Positions 29,429-39,176 of a stretch of DNA of 64,000 bases are shown in pieces. Numbering within the stretch: the stretch's first letter is position 1; the number at the start of each line of letters is the position of its first letter. Source of the DNA: Sedimentisphaerales bacterium (GTDB lineage: Bacteria; Planctomycetota; Phycisphaerae; Sedimentisphaerales; Anaerobacaceae); contig JAXGYC010000009.1 of assembly GCA_040772485.1 (NCBI GenBank), positions 32,001 through 96,000 of the forward strand, in the 5' to 3' direction. The notes under the pieces are model-generated. The model saw nothing but the letters and a program-made list of their open reading frames with translations. It was not told the origin of the DNA and made no database searches. Made by a program: the position numbers and the translations under genes.

Positions 29429-29609
29429 TCATCTCTTGCCTCGGAGTGTCAGGATGCTCGATGCTCGTACCCCTGCGCAACAGTTGGTCTCCAAGGCGTC
29501 TCGACACGTTGTCATTCGGCAGCCTGTCGAGAAACTCAATGAGTCGAAGCGTGAAGTCGTAGAGTCGCTTCTTGAATTCCTTTTTGAATTTCTCTTTGTC
29601 ACTTTGCAT
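29429..29609 (-). pseudogene. Four-helix-bundle (23S rRNA IVP/Avd-like) gene, internally deleted
   Basis: FKKRLYDFTLRLIEFLDRLP...LGDQLLRRGTSI joined out of frame to a C-terminus SILTLRGKR*; junction gagcatc-gagcatc. Confidence 0.8.
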
Positions 29610-29630
29610 TTTGCATTTTGATATTTGCTC
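29602..29630. repeat. Heptamer arm (5' side of the four-helix-bundle remnant)
   Basis: ctttgca ttttgca ttttgat atttgct, opposite orientation to the 29378 arm. Confidence 0.75.
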
Positions 29631-29633
29631 TTC

Positions 29634-30896
29634 TCACAGGTACTTGCGTGGATCGGCGAGCCGGCCTTCGACGGCGCTGGCGGCGACGGTGGCGGGGCTG
29701 GCGAGGTAGACCTCGCTCTTGGGACTGCCCATCCGGCCGACGAAGTTGCGGTTCGTCGTGCTGATGCACTTCTCTCCGGCGGCCAGTACGCCCATGAACC
29801 CGCCCAGACACGCGCCGCAGGTCGGCGCCGAGATCACACAACCGGCGTCGTAGAACACGTCGAACAACCCCTCGTCCGCCGCCTGCTTCCAGATCACCGG
29901 CGTGGCCGGCACGACCAGCGTCCGAATCTTCACCTCCTTGCCCTTCAGGACGCCGGCGGCGATCCGAAGGTCTTCGATGCGACCGTTCGTGCAACTGCCG
30001 ATGTACGCCTGGTCCATGGCCATGCCGGCGCAGTTCCCGATGGCAACCCCGCCGCTGGGTAGGTGCGGCAGAGCCACCATCGGTTCGATCGCCGAGCAGT
30101 CGAATTCCTCGACCGCCGCATATTTCGCATCGTCGTCGGAGGCAACGACGGTGTAGTCCTGTTTGCCCTTCAGCCGGCCGTCGAGATAGGCCTTCGTGAC
30201 ATCGTCAAACCCGATGATGCCGTTCTTGGCCCCAGCCTCGATGGCCATGTTCGTGATCGTCATCCGCGCTTCCATCGACATCTCGGCCAGCGCCGGCCCG
30301 ACGAACTCCATCGCCTTGTAGAGCGCGCCGTCCGTGCCGATCCGCGCGATCACCGTCAGGACCACGTCCTTGCTGTACACGCCGGGCCGCAGCGAGCCGT
30401 TCAGAACGAACTTCATCGAAGCCGGCACGCGGAACCACAGCCGGCCCGTCGCGATCGAGGCCGCCAGATCGGTCGAGCCGATCCCGGTGCTGAAGGCCGC
30501 CAGGGCGCCGTAGGTGCACGTGTGCGAATCGCCGCCCACGATCACCTCGCCCGGGCGGATGTGTCCCTGCTCGGGCAGCAGCGCGTGGCAGACGCCCGCC
30601 CGGCCCAGCTTGTAGTAGTGCTTGATCTTGTGCTGCTTGGCCCACGTGTCCAGACGCTTGTGCAGCTCGGCGCTCTTGACGTCTTTGGGCGGCTGGAAGT
30701 GGTCCGGCGTCACGACGATCTTCTCCGGATCGAACACGCGATCGATGCCGCGCTCGACCAGCATCGAGATCGCCGGAGGCGTCGTTACATCGTGACACAT
30801 CACCACGTCGATGTTCGCATCCACCAGTTGCCCGGGCGTCACCTTCTTGTGCCCGCTGGCCCGCGCGAAGATCTTCTCCGTTATCGTCATTCCCAT
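29634..30896 (-). CDS. leuC: 3-isopropylmalate dehydratase large subunit
   Basis: MTITEKI, DSHTCTYG, IGSCTNGR, CGACLG, STTNRNF. Confidence 0.95.
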   Translation of the reverse strand: MGMTITEKIFARASGHKKVTPGQLVDANIDVVMCHDVTTPPAISMLVERGIDRVFDPEKIVVTPDHFQPPKDVKSAELHKRLDTWAKQHKIKHYYKLGRAGVCHALLPEQGHIRPGEVIVGGDSHTCTYGALAAFSTGIGSTDLAASIATGRLWFRVPASMKFVLNGSLRPGVYSKDVVLTVIARIGTDGALYKAMEFVGPALAEMSMEARMTITNMAIEAGAKNGIIGFDDVTKAYLDGRLKGKQDYTVVASDDDAKYAAVEEFDCSAIEPMVALPHLPSGGVAIGNCAGMAMDQAYIGSCTNGRIEDLRIAAGVLKGKEVKIRTLVVPATPVIWKQAADEGLFDVFYDAGCVISAPTCGACLGGFMGVLAAGEKCISTTNRNFVGRMGSPKSEVYLASPATVAASAVEGRLADPRKYL

Positions 30897-30926
30897 GATG
30901 TAGATTCCTTCTTCTTTCGGCTGGTG

Positions 30927-32486
30927 TTATGCGTTCGTGGTTGCCTGGCCGTTGGCCTGCTGAACGGCGGTCATCCGGTTGATGGCGTCAACGTAGGCCT
31001 TGGCGCTGGCTTCGATGATGTCGGTGGAGACGCCGCGGCCGATGAACGTCCGTCCGGCCTCGACGATCCGCACCGTCGCTTCGCCCAGCGCGTCCTTGCC
31101 TCCCGTGACGGCGCGGATGGAATAGTTCTCCAGCTTGGGGGACAGGCCGGTGGCCTCGCGGATCGCCTCGTACGCCGCGTCGACCGGGCCGTCGCCGCAG
31201 GCGGCCGCCAGCCGTTCCTGGCCCGCGATCTTCATCCGCACGCTGGCGGTCGGCAGCGTGCCGGTGCCGCACGCGACGTGCAGGTATTTCAGCTCGTACA
31301 CCTGCGACACCACGCGGACCTCGTCGTTGATGATCGCGGCGACGTCCTCGTCGAACACTTCCTTCTTTTTGTCCGCGATTTCGAGGAACCGCGCGTAAGC
31401 CTGTTCGAGTTCCTCCTTGGTGAGCTTATAACCAAGCTGTCGACAGCGGTCGGCAAACCCATGCCGGCCGGTGTGACGTCCGAGCACCATGCGCGACCCG
31501 CCCAGCCCGATCGTCTCCGGCGTCATGATCTCATAGGTGCTGCGCTCCTTGAGGATCCCGTCCACGTGGATGCCCGACTCGTGCGCGAACGCGTTGGCGC
31601 CGACGATGGCCTTGTTGGGCTGGATGACGAATCCGGTCAACTGGGACACCAACTGGCTCGTGCGATAGATTTCCTTCGTGTTGACGTTCGTGGTCAGGCC
31701 GTTGGCGCTGCCGTCCGCGAAGAAGTTGGCGCGTGTGTGGATGGCCATGACGATTTCTTCGAGCGCGGCGTTTCCGGCCCGCTCGCCAAGCCCGTTGACG
31801 GCGACCTCGACCTGCCTGGCCCCGCTGCGCACGCCCGCCAGCGAATTGGCGACCGCCAGACCGAGGTCGTTGTGACAGTGCGTGCTGATGACGCACCTGT
31901 CGATGCCCGGGACCTTGCTCTTGAGCTGGGCGATGAGCTGGCCGTATTCGTACGGCAGCATGTAGCCGACGGTGTCCGGGATGTTCAACGTGGTGGCGCC
32001 GGCTTCGATCACGGCGGCCAGGATCTCGATGAGGAAGGGGACTTCGCTGCGTCCGGCGTCCTCCGGCGAGAATTCCACGTCATCGACGAACTGCCGGGCG
32101 CACTGGACCGCCGCCACCGCCATCTTCACCACCTCGTCGGGCTTCTTGTTGAGCTTGTGCTTCATGTGGATCGGCGAAGTCGCGATGAACGTGTGGATCC
32201 GCCTTCTCTTGGCCGGCGCGACGGCCTTGCCCGCGGCTTCGATGTCCACGTCCTTTGCTCGCGCAAGTCCTGCAATTACAGGACCTTGCACTTGTTCCGC
32301 CACGAGCCGCGTCGCCTCGAACTGTGCCGGCGAGGAGACCGGGAAGCCCGCCTCGATGATGTCGACCCCGAGGGCGGCCAGTTGCTGGGCGATCTCGAGC
32401 TTCTGCGGGATCGAGAGCGAGGCGCCGGGCGATTGCTCGCCGTCACGTAACGTCGTGTCGAAGATGAAGACTTTGTCGTCAGGCAT
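30927..32486 (-). CDS. leuA: 2-isopropylmalate synthase
   Basis: IFDTTLRDGEQSPG, HCHNDLG, GERAGNA, HESGIH, GPVDA regulatory domain. Confidence 0.97.
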   Translation of the reverse strand: MPDDKVFIFDTTLRDGEQSPGASLSIPQKLEIAQQLAALGVDIIEAGFPVSSPAQFEATRLVAEQVQGPVIAGLARAKDVDIEAAGKAVAPAKRRRIHTFIATSPIHMKHKLNKKPDEVVKMAVAAVQCARQFVDDVEFSPEDAGRSEVPFLIEILAAVIEAGATTLNIPDTVGYMLPYEYGQLIAQLKSKVPGIDRCVISTHCHNDLGLAVANSLAGVRSGARQVEVAVNGLGERAGNAALEEIVMAIHTRANFFADGSANGLTTNVNTKEIYRTSQLVSQLTGFVIQPNKAIVGANAFAHESGIHVDGILKERSTYEIMTPETIGLGGSRMVLGRHTGRHGFADRCRQLGYKLTKEELEQAYARFLEIADKKKEVFDEDVAAIINDEVRVVSQVYELKYLHVACGTGTLPTASVRMKIAGQERLAAACGDGPVDAAYEAIREATGLSPKLENYSIRAVTGGKDALGEATVRIVEAGRTFIGRGVSTDIIEASAKAYVDAINRMTAVQQANGQATTNA

Positions 32487-32607
32487 AGTAGTTCTCCGGA
32501 AAATTATTTCGAGCCGCCGGCATTATGCCGCAACAGGGGCCGAAATGCTACGGTTTTGCGTAAGATTGGGGACTGCAACGAGTTGTGGTGGTTCTGTTAT
32601 TTGCGCC

Positions 32608-32685
32608 TTAGCGGCGCAGGATCAGGGCGGTCAGGCCGATGCGGCCGTTGAGGATGGAACGAATTGTGCCCTTTGTGGTACCCAT
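32608..32685 (-). CDS. Putative leu operon leader peptide MGTTKGTIRSILNGRIGLTALILRR
   Basis: 25-codon ORF with 4 Leu and 4 Ile codons, ending about 120 nt before leuA; promoter-like TTGCGT-N16-TATACT just upstream. Confidence 0.6.
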   Translation of the reverse strand: MGTTKGTIRSILNGRIGLTALILRR

Positions 32686-32695
32686 AGATCATTCA

Positions 32696-32723
32696 AGTAT
32701 ACATATCGGCCGCCCGGACGCAA
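32696..32723 (-). promoter_or_regulatory. Sigma70-like promoter for the leu leader
   Basis: Minus strand TTGCGT-16 nt-TATACT. Confidence 0.5.
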
Positions 32724-32775
32724 GACTTTTCCAGAAGAATCCTGCAATTATCTCGAGATTGGTCCCGGCGGCGCA

Positions 32776-34647
32776 TCACTGGAGGGATTTCCAGGGGTCT
32801 TCGACGTCGACTTGTGCGGCGGTCGCGGTGATCTGGCGCTGCGTGGGCAGGGGAGTCATCGGCACGGTCAGGATCAGCGAGGTCTTGCCCGGCCGGCGCC
32901 ACTGCCACTTGTCACGGGGTGGGACCACCACGCCTTCGACGATCATGGTTCCGGCCATCGTCTTGTAGACGCTCGGATCGGCCACGCGGATCGGAGCGGT
33001 CGATCTCGTCACCGACAGCGTGAAGACAACGCCGGCGGCGGCGATCTTGTTGAAGTTGAACTCGCGCGTCACGCCGTTGTAGAGGACCACGTCGATCCAG
33101 GCGCCCTCGTCGTCGCGCCCCGTCTCCATGCGGACCGGCAGTTCGTCAATCTGGGCGCCGTGGACGCAGAATCGCGCCTCCATCGTGCCGGACTCGACGT
33201 CGACCGGATCGCCGACTTGCACCTGAGCGGGCAGCTTCAGGCTGCCGATCGCTCCCTCGAATTGCAGCCGCATCCGAAGGTCACGGGCCTGGATCGTGCC
33301 ATTAGCGATGCGGTCGAGCGAGATGTGGGTGTCACCCCGGTCGGTGGCGAAGAGAACCGCGCTGAGCAGCTCGGCGCCGTCCTGGATCGTGAAGATGCTC
33401 GCGGAGGAATAGTCGTAGCCATCGTGCAGAAAGCGGATGCGCATCGCCGCCGGGCCGGAAGGGGTGTTCCAATACGCCACGAGCGGCCTGCGCTGGTTCC
33501 AGAGATCGCCGCAGTTGACCGAGCCGATCGTGAAATCCGGATGCAGGTATGTCCGCCCGATCACGTCGTGCTCGCCCTGCGGATTCAGAACGAACGTCTC
33601 GATCTCTTCGCGGGCCTCGGGCACTGACGTGAAGTAGGGCAGCAGGTCCTCGGGGCAAGCCAGAGGGATGCGGTGGGCGTCGATGGATTCATACGCCTGG
33701 GCCTCGGACATGTAACTCACTTTTCCTCTGGTCCCTCGCTGGATGAAGGCCAGGGCGCTCGGGCGCAGCAGCGTCGCATAGGACCGGCTGTGCGGTCCGG
33801 CCCACTGCTTCGTCGGCGCGTGAAAGCGCCGGGCCAGATGGTACCAGGCGAAACCGTGAAGATCCTCCGTCAGACGCCTGCACTCGGGGTCTTTGACGTG
33901 GGCCAGGATGCGGGTCAGCTCGCTGATCGCCACGACGGTGTACGTGGGGCTGTTGTACTCGCTGAACGAACCCTTCTGCTCGGTGTAGTCGTGGAATCGC
34001 TGGAGGCGCTGCCTGCCGTAGTCGAACAGCGCGCTGTCTTTGAATCGCTCGCCGGCGACGAGTGTGACATACGTCCCCATGATCGCGATGTTGGTGTAGC
34101 CGGGCCCGACGTTGCGCCGCTGGACGGAACGGGCGGCGTGCAGGATCGACTCTCGCACCTTCTCCTGCAACGGTCCGGGCAGGCGGTCCATGTGATCGAT
34201 CGCCACCTGGAGCAGTTGCGTGCCGCAGAAGTCGGCCCAGTTCCAGTCGGGCGGCGACATCTGATCGAGCGGCTCTTCGAGGAACCACGACCAGATGCCG
34301 TAGGTGCGGCTGCCGGGGTCCTGGTCCTGGAGATCGATCACGCGGTCGAGGATCTGCTCGGCCCGCTCCAGACGATTGGGGTCGTCCGCATCGAGCAGAG
34401 CCACCGCGTAGACCAGCGAATCGCGGGTGCGGTGGACCGTGCCGGATTCGAGCGTCGTGTGGTAGCCCGGCGACGAGAACGGTCCCGCCAGCATCTTGGC
34501 GGTCCCGTCGTAGCTTTGATCCTGCGCCGCCAGGGCCTTGAGAAAGCCCTCGCGTCGCGCCGATGTGGGGAACCCGTCGGCGCCAAGGCACGAGGCCCAG
34601 TGCGTTGCCACGATCAATCCGATCCACGCAATCTGTCGGCGTATCAT
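32776..34647 (-). CDS. Secreted hypothetical protein, possibly heparinase II/III-like
   Basis: AGGAGG RBS, signal peptide, helical N-terminal half with YTNI and FSEYNSPTY, GPHSRSY. Confidence 0.55.
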   Translation of the reverse strand: MIRRQIAWIGLIVATHWASCLGADGFPTSARREGFLKALAAQDQSYDGTAKMLAGPFSSPGYHTTLESGTVHRTRDSLVYAVALLDADDPNRLERAEQILDRVIDLQDQDPGSRTYGIWSWFLEEPLDQMSPPDWNWADFCGTQLLQVAIDHMDRLPGPLQEKVRESILHAARSVQRRNVGPGYTNIAIMGTYVTLVAGERFKDSALFDYGRQRLQRFHDYTEQKGSFSEYNSPTYTVVAISELTRILAHVKDPECRRLTEDLHGFAWYHLARRFHAPTKQWAGPHSRSYATLLRPSALAFIQRGTRGKVSYMSEAQAYESIDAHRIPLACPEDLLPYFTSVPEAREEIETFVLNPQGEHDVIGRTYLHPDFTIGSVNCGDLWNQRRPLVAYWNTPSGPAAMRIRFLHDGYDYSSASIFTIQDGAELLSAVLFATDRGDTHISLDRIANGTIQARDLRMRLQFEGAIGSLKLPAQVQVGDPVDVESGTMEARFCVHGAQIDELPVRMETGRDDEGAWIDVVLYNGVTREFNFNKIAAAGVVFTLSVTRSTAPIRVADPSVYKTMAGTMIVEGVVVPPRDKWQWRRPGKTSLILTVPMTPLPTQRQITATAAQVDVEDPWKSLQ

Positions 34648-34834
34648 GCGGGAGCCTCCTTCTGTCGTATCCGAGCGATTGGCCACGGCCCTATGATACG
34701 TCGCTTCGTCATCCCGATCCAGCCTTTGTCGTGTTGGCGGCAATCTGTGGCAGACTTGTTCTGCATCGGTTCGGCGCGTATAATGGCGCGCAGGAATGAA
34801 CGTATGGATCCAGCCGCACTCAGGGAGATGTGAT

Positions 34835-35779
34835 TTGACGACCGAGCGAATGGAAAACCCGCAAGTGACGCCGCTCAAGCGGAACCTCCAGAACGTCATC
34901 TTCGGCAAGAGCGACAGCATCGACGTGATGGTCGTTGCGCTGCTGGCAGGCGGCTCCGTCCTGATCGAAGACGTGCCGGGGGTAGGCAAGACCACGCTGG
35001 CCAAGGCGCTGGCGCGGAGCATCGACGCCAAGTATCGACGGATTCAGTTCACCCCCGACCTGCTGCCGGCTGATATCCTCGGCTCGTCCATCTACAACCC
35101 GGTCAGCGGCGATTTCCGCTTCGATCCGGGCCCGATCTTCTGCAACATCCTGCTGGCCGACGAGATCAACCGCGCCTCGCCGCGAACGCAGTCGGCTCTG
35201 CTCGAAGCGATGAACGAGAACCAGACGACCATCGAGGGCCAGTGCCGCCCGCTGGCCCGGCCGTTCATGGTCATCGCGACGGAGAACCCTATCGAGTTCC
35301 ACGGGACCTACCCGCTGCCGGAGGCGCAACTGGACCGCTTCCTGGTCCGGCTGGCGATCGGGTATCCGACGGCGGAGGTCGAGGTCGACATCCTCAAGTC
35401 GCACGCGAACCGCGAGCCGCTGGATTCTATCGAGCCGGTGATGGGTCTGGACCAGGTCCGCGGGATTCAGGAAGAGGTGGCGAACGTGCACGTCGACGAT
35501 GCGATCCTCGAATACATCGTCGAGATCGTCCACGCGACGCGGAACGACAGCCGGCTCCAGTTGGGCGTCAGCACGCGCGGGACCCTGATGCTCTCTCGCG
35601 CCGCCCGGGCCAGAGCCTACGCGCTGAATCGCGCGTTCGTGATTCCCGACGACGTGTCGTGGAGCCTTCCGCACGTGCTGCCGCATCGCCTGCTGCTGAC
35701 CGCTAAGGCGCAGCACGGCGGCGCGACCGCCCAGCAGATCGTTGCGGAGATCCTGGGGCGGATCAAGGTTCCGGTGTAG
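34835..35779 (+). CDS. moxR: MoxR-family AAA+ ATPase
   Basis: LIEDVPGVGKT, RIQFTPDLLPADI, LADEINRA, EAQLDRF. Confidence 0.93.
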   Translation: MTTERMENPQVTPLKRNLQNVIFGKSDSIDVMVVALLAGGSVLIEDVPGVGKTTLAKALARSIDAKYRRIQFTPDLLPADILGSSIYNPVSGDFRFDPGPIFCNILLADEINRASPRTQSALLEAMNENQTTIEGQCRPLARPFMVIATENPIEFHGTYPLPEAQLDRFLVRLAIGYPTAEVEVDILKSHANREPLDSIEPVMGLDQVRGIQEEVANVHVDDAILEYIVEIVHATRNDSRLQLGVSTRGTLMLSRAARARAYALNRAFVIPDDVSWSLPHVLPHRLLLTAKAQHGGATAQQIVAEILGRIKVPV

Positions 35780-35793
35780 GACAGGCACTCGAT

Positions 35794-37044
35794 ATGGCCG
35801 CCACCCGTACGAGAATGCGTCTTGGTCTGACCGACGCGGGACGGATGCTCCTGATGGGGACGGTGTTCTTCGGCCTGGCGGCGCAGCTCGTTCCGGCGTT
35901 CGGCGTTCTCTCGGCGCTGATCGTGGTCCTGCTGACGGTCCTGGCCGTCGGCTTCGTTCTGCGGCCCCGAATCGAGGTGACCGCCCACCTTCCCGATTAC
36001 GTCGTGGCAGGGCAGGACGCCCAGTTTCGCTACACGCTCAAGAACGCGGCGCGCGTTCCAGCCTACGATCTGCACGTCCGTTTCGTTGGGTTGCCCCAGA
36101 CGATCGAACAGGTGGGCGGCGCCCAGATGGTCCCGCGCCTGGGGCCGGGCGAGTCGACGGAGGTGGCCGTCACGATGCGGGCCCGACGACGGGGCAACCA
36201 TCTGATCCCGTTGCCGATGTGCCAGTCGAGCTTCCCGTTCAACCTGCTTGTTTTCGGCTCGCATCGCAAAGACAAAGCGACGCTCACGGTTCTGCCGGTG
36301 TTCTACCAGCTCCAGATGCGTCTGGCGCGTCTGAGCGGTCAGGGGCGCAGTGGCGTGGCCGGATTCGCCGGAAGGGCGGAGGTCTCCCCCGAGTATGCGG
36401 GCAACCGTCCGTTCCTGCCGGGCGATTCGCCGCGACGGATCGACACCCGCGCCTGGGCACGCCTGTCCGTTCCGGCGACCAAGGAGTACCACAACGACGC
36501 CGACCGCTGTGCGGCCCTGGTGCTGGACACGCGAATCCGTCCCGACAGGAAGAGGGCGGGCGACGAGGAGATCCCGGAACTCGAAGCCGCGGTGTCTCTT
36601 TGCGCCTCCATCGCCTTCAGCATCCAGCGGGACTGCCTCGTCGAGTGGTTCCTGGCCGGGCCCGAACTGCACGACTTCACGGTGTCGCGAGGCCGTCCGG
36701 CCCTTGGCGCGCGGGCAGGGCGCGCGCGGCAGGGGGCGCGCGTCGACGCGATCCACGAAATCCTGGCGACCGTGGAACCGGCGGAAAACTACGACCTGGA
36801 CCGGACCGCGGCCGCACTGACGAGCCATTTCCATCGTATTTCTGAGGTCGTCTTCATTCTGTTGCGACCGGACCGGGTGTATCTGGACCTGTTGGGATTG
36901 GCCGCCGCATCCCGTTGCCATTGCAGCGTGTATCGGGTGGCCGAGGCCGACGCCCGGAGCCCCGAGAGCGATGCGCTGCCGAGCGATTCGGTAACGCTGC
37001 TGTCGCCCGAGGATATCCTGACCGGCCGCCTGGGGCCTCTATGA
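35794..37044 (+). CDS. DUF58 family protein
   Basis: EYAGNRPFLPGDSPRRID, LVLD, ELEAAVSLCASI; follows MoxR. Confidence 0.85.
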   Translation: MAATRTRMRLGLTDAGRMLLMGTVFFGLAAQLVPAFGVLSALIVVLLTVLAVGFVLRPRIEVTAHLPDYVVAGQDAQFRYTLKNAARVPAYDLHVRFVGLPQTIEQVGGAQMVPRLGPGESTEVAVTMRARRRGNHLIPLPMCQSSFPFNLLVFGSHRKDKATLTVLPVFYQLQMRLARLSGQGRSGVAGFAGRAEVSPEYAGNRPFLPGDSPRRIDTRAWARLSVPATKEYHNDADRCAALVLDTRIRPDRKRAGDEEIPELEAAVSLCASIAFSIQRDCLVEWFLAGPELHDFTVSRGRPALGARAGRARQGARVDAIHEILATVEPAENYDLDRTAAALTSHFHRISEVVFILLRPDRVYLDLLGLAAASRCHCSVYRVAEADARSPESDALPSDSVTLLSPEDILTGRLGPL

Positions 37045-39152
37045 AGCCGCAGAAGATCATTGCCGTCATCATGGTTCTGGCCAGCTCGGCGGTCACCGCT
37101 TGGGCCTCGGTGGATATCGCCTATCCGGCGATCCTCTGTATGCTGGGCCTGCTGGGCCTGTCGCGGAAGTTCACGTGGAACTTCAAGCCCGAGCGGCGGA
37201 TCATCACCTCGCTGCTCATGCTGGTTCTGGCGATCTTCTTCGCATTGCACTACAGCTACACGCGTCCGCACAGTTGGGTGGCGCATGAGTTGGCCATGAG
37301 TCTGGCCTGGCAGACGGTCGCCCGGTACTTTCTGGCCGGCATGATCCTGATGCTCTTTCTCGGATCGCCTCGACAGCTTCCGGCCTCGCTGGGGCTCTTT
37401 CACCTGGCCAGCACGGTCTGCGCCGGCCAGGTCCTGCTGCTGAACGACCGATTCATTGCCTTTCGTCTGCTGGAGCTGTTCTCGGCGGTTCTTGTGGTGC
37501 TCTACGCCGCGACCACGTCCGGCCCGGTCCCCACGGGGCCCGAGCCCGATGCGCCGCGGCCCCGTGAGGATGCCAGGCTCATCGTCGCACGCCGTCGCAG
37601 GATGCCGAGATGGGCCGCCAGCGCGCTGATCCTCGTGGTGGCCGCCAACGCCGGATGGATCATCAGTTCGATTCTCTATCGGCACGTCGAGCTGCTCGAG
37701 TACCTGCCCGCCTGGTTCGGAAAGCAGGTGATCAACATGGACTCGACGACGGCCGACGCGGCGCGCATCGCGTTTTCGACGACGGGACGCCTCTCGAGCC
37801 TGGCGTCGGTCCTCGAAGACCAGGATACGACCGTGGCCCTGGAGATCGAGAGCGAACAGTCGCCCGGCTACCTGCGCGGCCGCGCGTTCGAGGTGTACCG
37901 TCAGTCTCAGTGGCACGATCTGTCATATCAGGAAGCCGTCTTTCCCCAGCCGGGCAACCTGTACATTGCGAACCGGACGAACATCTTTCGGCTGTACGAA
38001 GAGGACGCCTCAGACGCCGAGACGATGGTGATTCGGCACGCGCTTCAGTTCGACGATGCGGCGTTCGCGCCTCTGGACCTGTCGTATGTCGAAGCGCCGT
38101 TCAAACTGTTGCTGCGCGATGACGACGACATCATCTACACTCCGAAACTGGCGCGGGGCAAGCGATATCGGGTCGCCTATTCTCCCTCGCCCAGGCAGAC
38201 TCCGCCGCAGGGGATGCAACGGAGCCGGTCCCTGGATGTGCCCGCCTCGCTCGATCCGCGTGTCGAGCAGCTTGCGAATCGGCTCTTCTCCGGCTGCCAC
38301 AGCACGGCCGAGAAGATCGAGGCGGTCGTCCGGCACTTCCGGAAGAACTACACCTATGCGTACGACCCGCAGATTCCTGCCGGCCGCGACAGGTTGACGA
38401 GTTTTCTGCTCGAAGGCTCCCAAGGCTACTGCGAGTACTTCGCCTCCGGCGCCGCCATCCTGCTGCGCCTGGCGGGCGTGCCCACGCGGTACGTCGTCGG
38501 GTTCCTTGTCACGGAACGGGACAGCCGCACCCGTGCCTGGATCGCGCGGAACATGGACGCGCATGCCTGGGTCGAGGCGTGGGACGAACAAGAAGGTCGA
38601 TGGGTGACGGTCGAAGCGACAGCGCAGAGCAGCGACGCCGCCGCGGCCGCCGAAGAACAAGCAGACGCTTCCGGCGATGCGACGAGCGTATGGCTCGGGC
38701 AGTTTCTGCATGCCCTGTACGAGTATGGCCTCGTCGGCGCCTTGACTTGGTTGTTCACGTACCACGGTGGATCGATCTCGCTGCTGGCGCTGGCGGTGCT
38801 CTCGGTCGTGGCGCTGTGGTGGGGTCTGTCGCGACGCTATCGAAGGGCGACCGGGCCGAGTGCGTCACGATATGGGGGCGACCCTTCGGTTGCCGCGTTG
38901 CATCGGTTGCTGGCTCGCATGGATCGCAGGCTCAAGGTCCTCGGCGTCCCGCGTCCGCTGACCGAGACGCTGCACGCCTTCGCCGGCCGGCTGCGCACAC
39001 ACGATTCCGGCGGGGCCGCAAGCGGTCGGGACTGGGCGGGGGTGTCGGATTGGTACGTCGAGTACGCCAACCTGCGCTATGGCGGGGCGGTCCGCTCCGA
39101 ACACGTCGAATCGCTCCGGCAGCGCGCCAGCCGATTGCAGAAGTCACTGTAG
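37041..39152 (+). CDS. Membrane transglutaminase-like protein (TgpA/DUF3488-type)
   Basis: N-terminal TMs, YLRGRAF, GYCEYFAS, AHAWVEAW; ATGA overlap. Confidence 0.88.
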   Translation: MKPQKIIAVIMVLASSAVTAWASVDIAYPAILCMLGLLGLSRKFTWNFKPERRIITSLLMLVLAIFFALHYSYTRPHSWVAHELAMSLAWQTVARYFLAGMILMLFLGSPRQLPASLGLFHLASTVCAGQVLLLNDRFIAFRLLELFSAVLVVLYAATTSGPVPTGPEPDAPRPREDARLIVARRRRMPRWAASALILVVAANAGWIISSILYRHVELLEYLPAWFGKQVINMDSTTADAARIAFSTTGRLSSLASVLEDQDTTVALEIESEQSPGYLRGRAFEVYRQSQWHDLSYQEAVFPQPGNLYIANRTNIFRLYEEDASDAETMVIRHALQFDDAAFAPLDLSYVEAPFKLLLRDDDDIIYTPKLARGKRYRVAYSPSPRQTPPQGMQRSRSLDVPASLDPRVEQLANRLFSGCHSTAEKIEAVVRHFRKNYTYAYDPQIPAGRDRLTSFLLEGSQGYCEYFASGAAILLRLAGVPTRYVVGFLVTERDSRTRAWIARNMDAHAWVEAWDEQEGRWVTVEATAQSSDAAAAAEEQADASGDATSVWLGQFLHALYEYGLVGALTWLFTYHGGSISLLALAVLSVVALWWGLSRRYRRATGPSASRYGGDPSVAALHRLLARMDRRLKVLGVPRPLTETLHAFAGRLRTHDSGGAASGRDWAGVSDWYVEYANLRYGGAVRSEHVESLRQRASRLQKSL

Positions 39153-39176
39153 CCGGACCGATCCGCCTGCGGCCGA

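Noticed and set aside
29429..29609. Diversity-generating retroelement suggested by the Avd-like gene
   Set aside because: No reverse transcriptase and no TR/VR pair with adenine-specific differences in the window
32776..35031. 751-aa ORF as listed in the ORF track
   Set aside because: The upstream part overlaps MoxR on the opposite strand; RBS and signal peptide support a start at 34647
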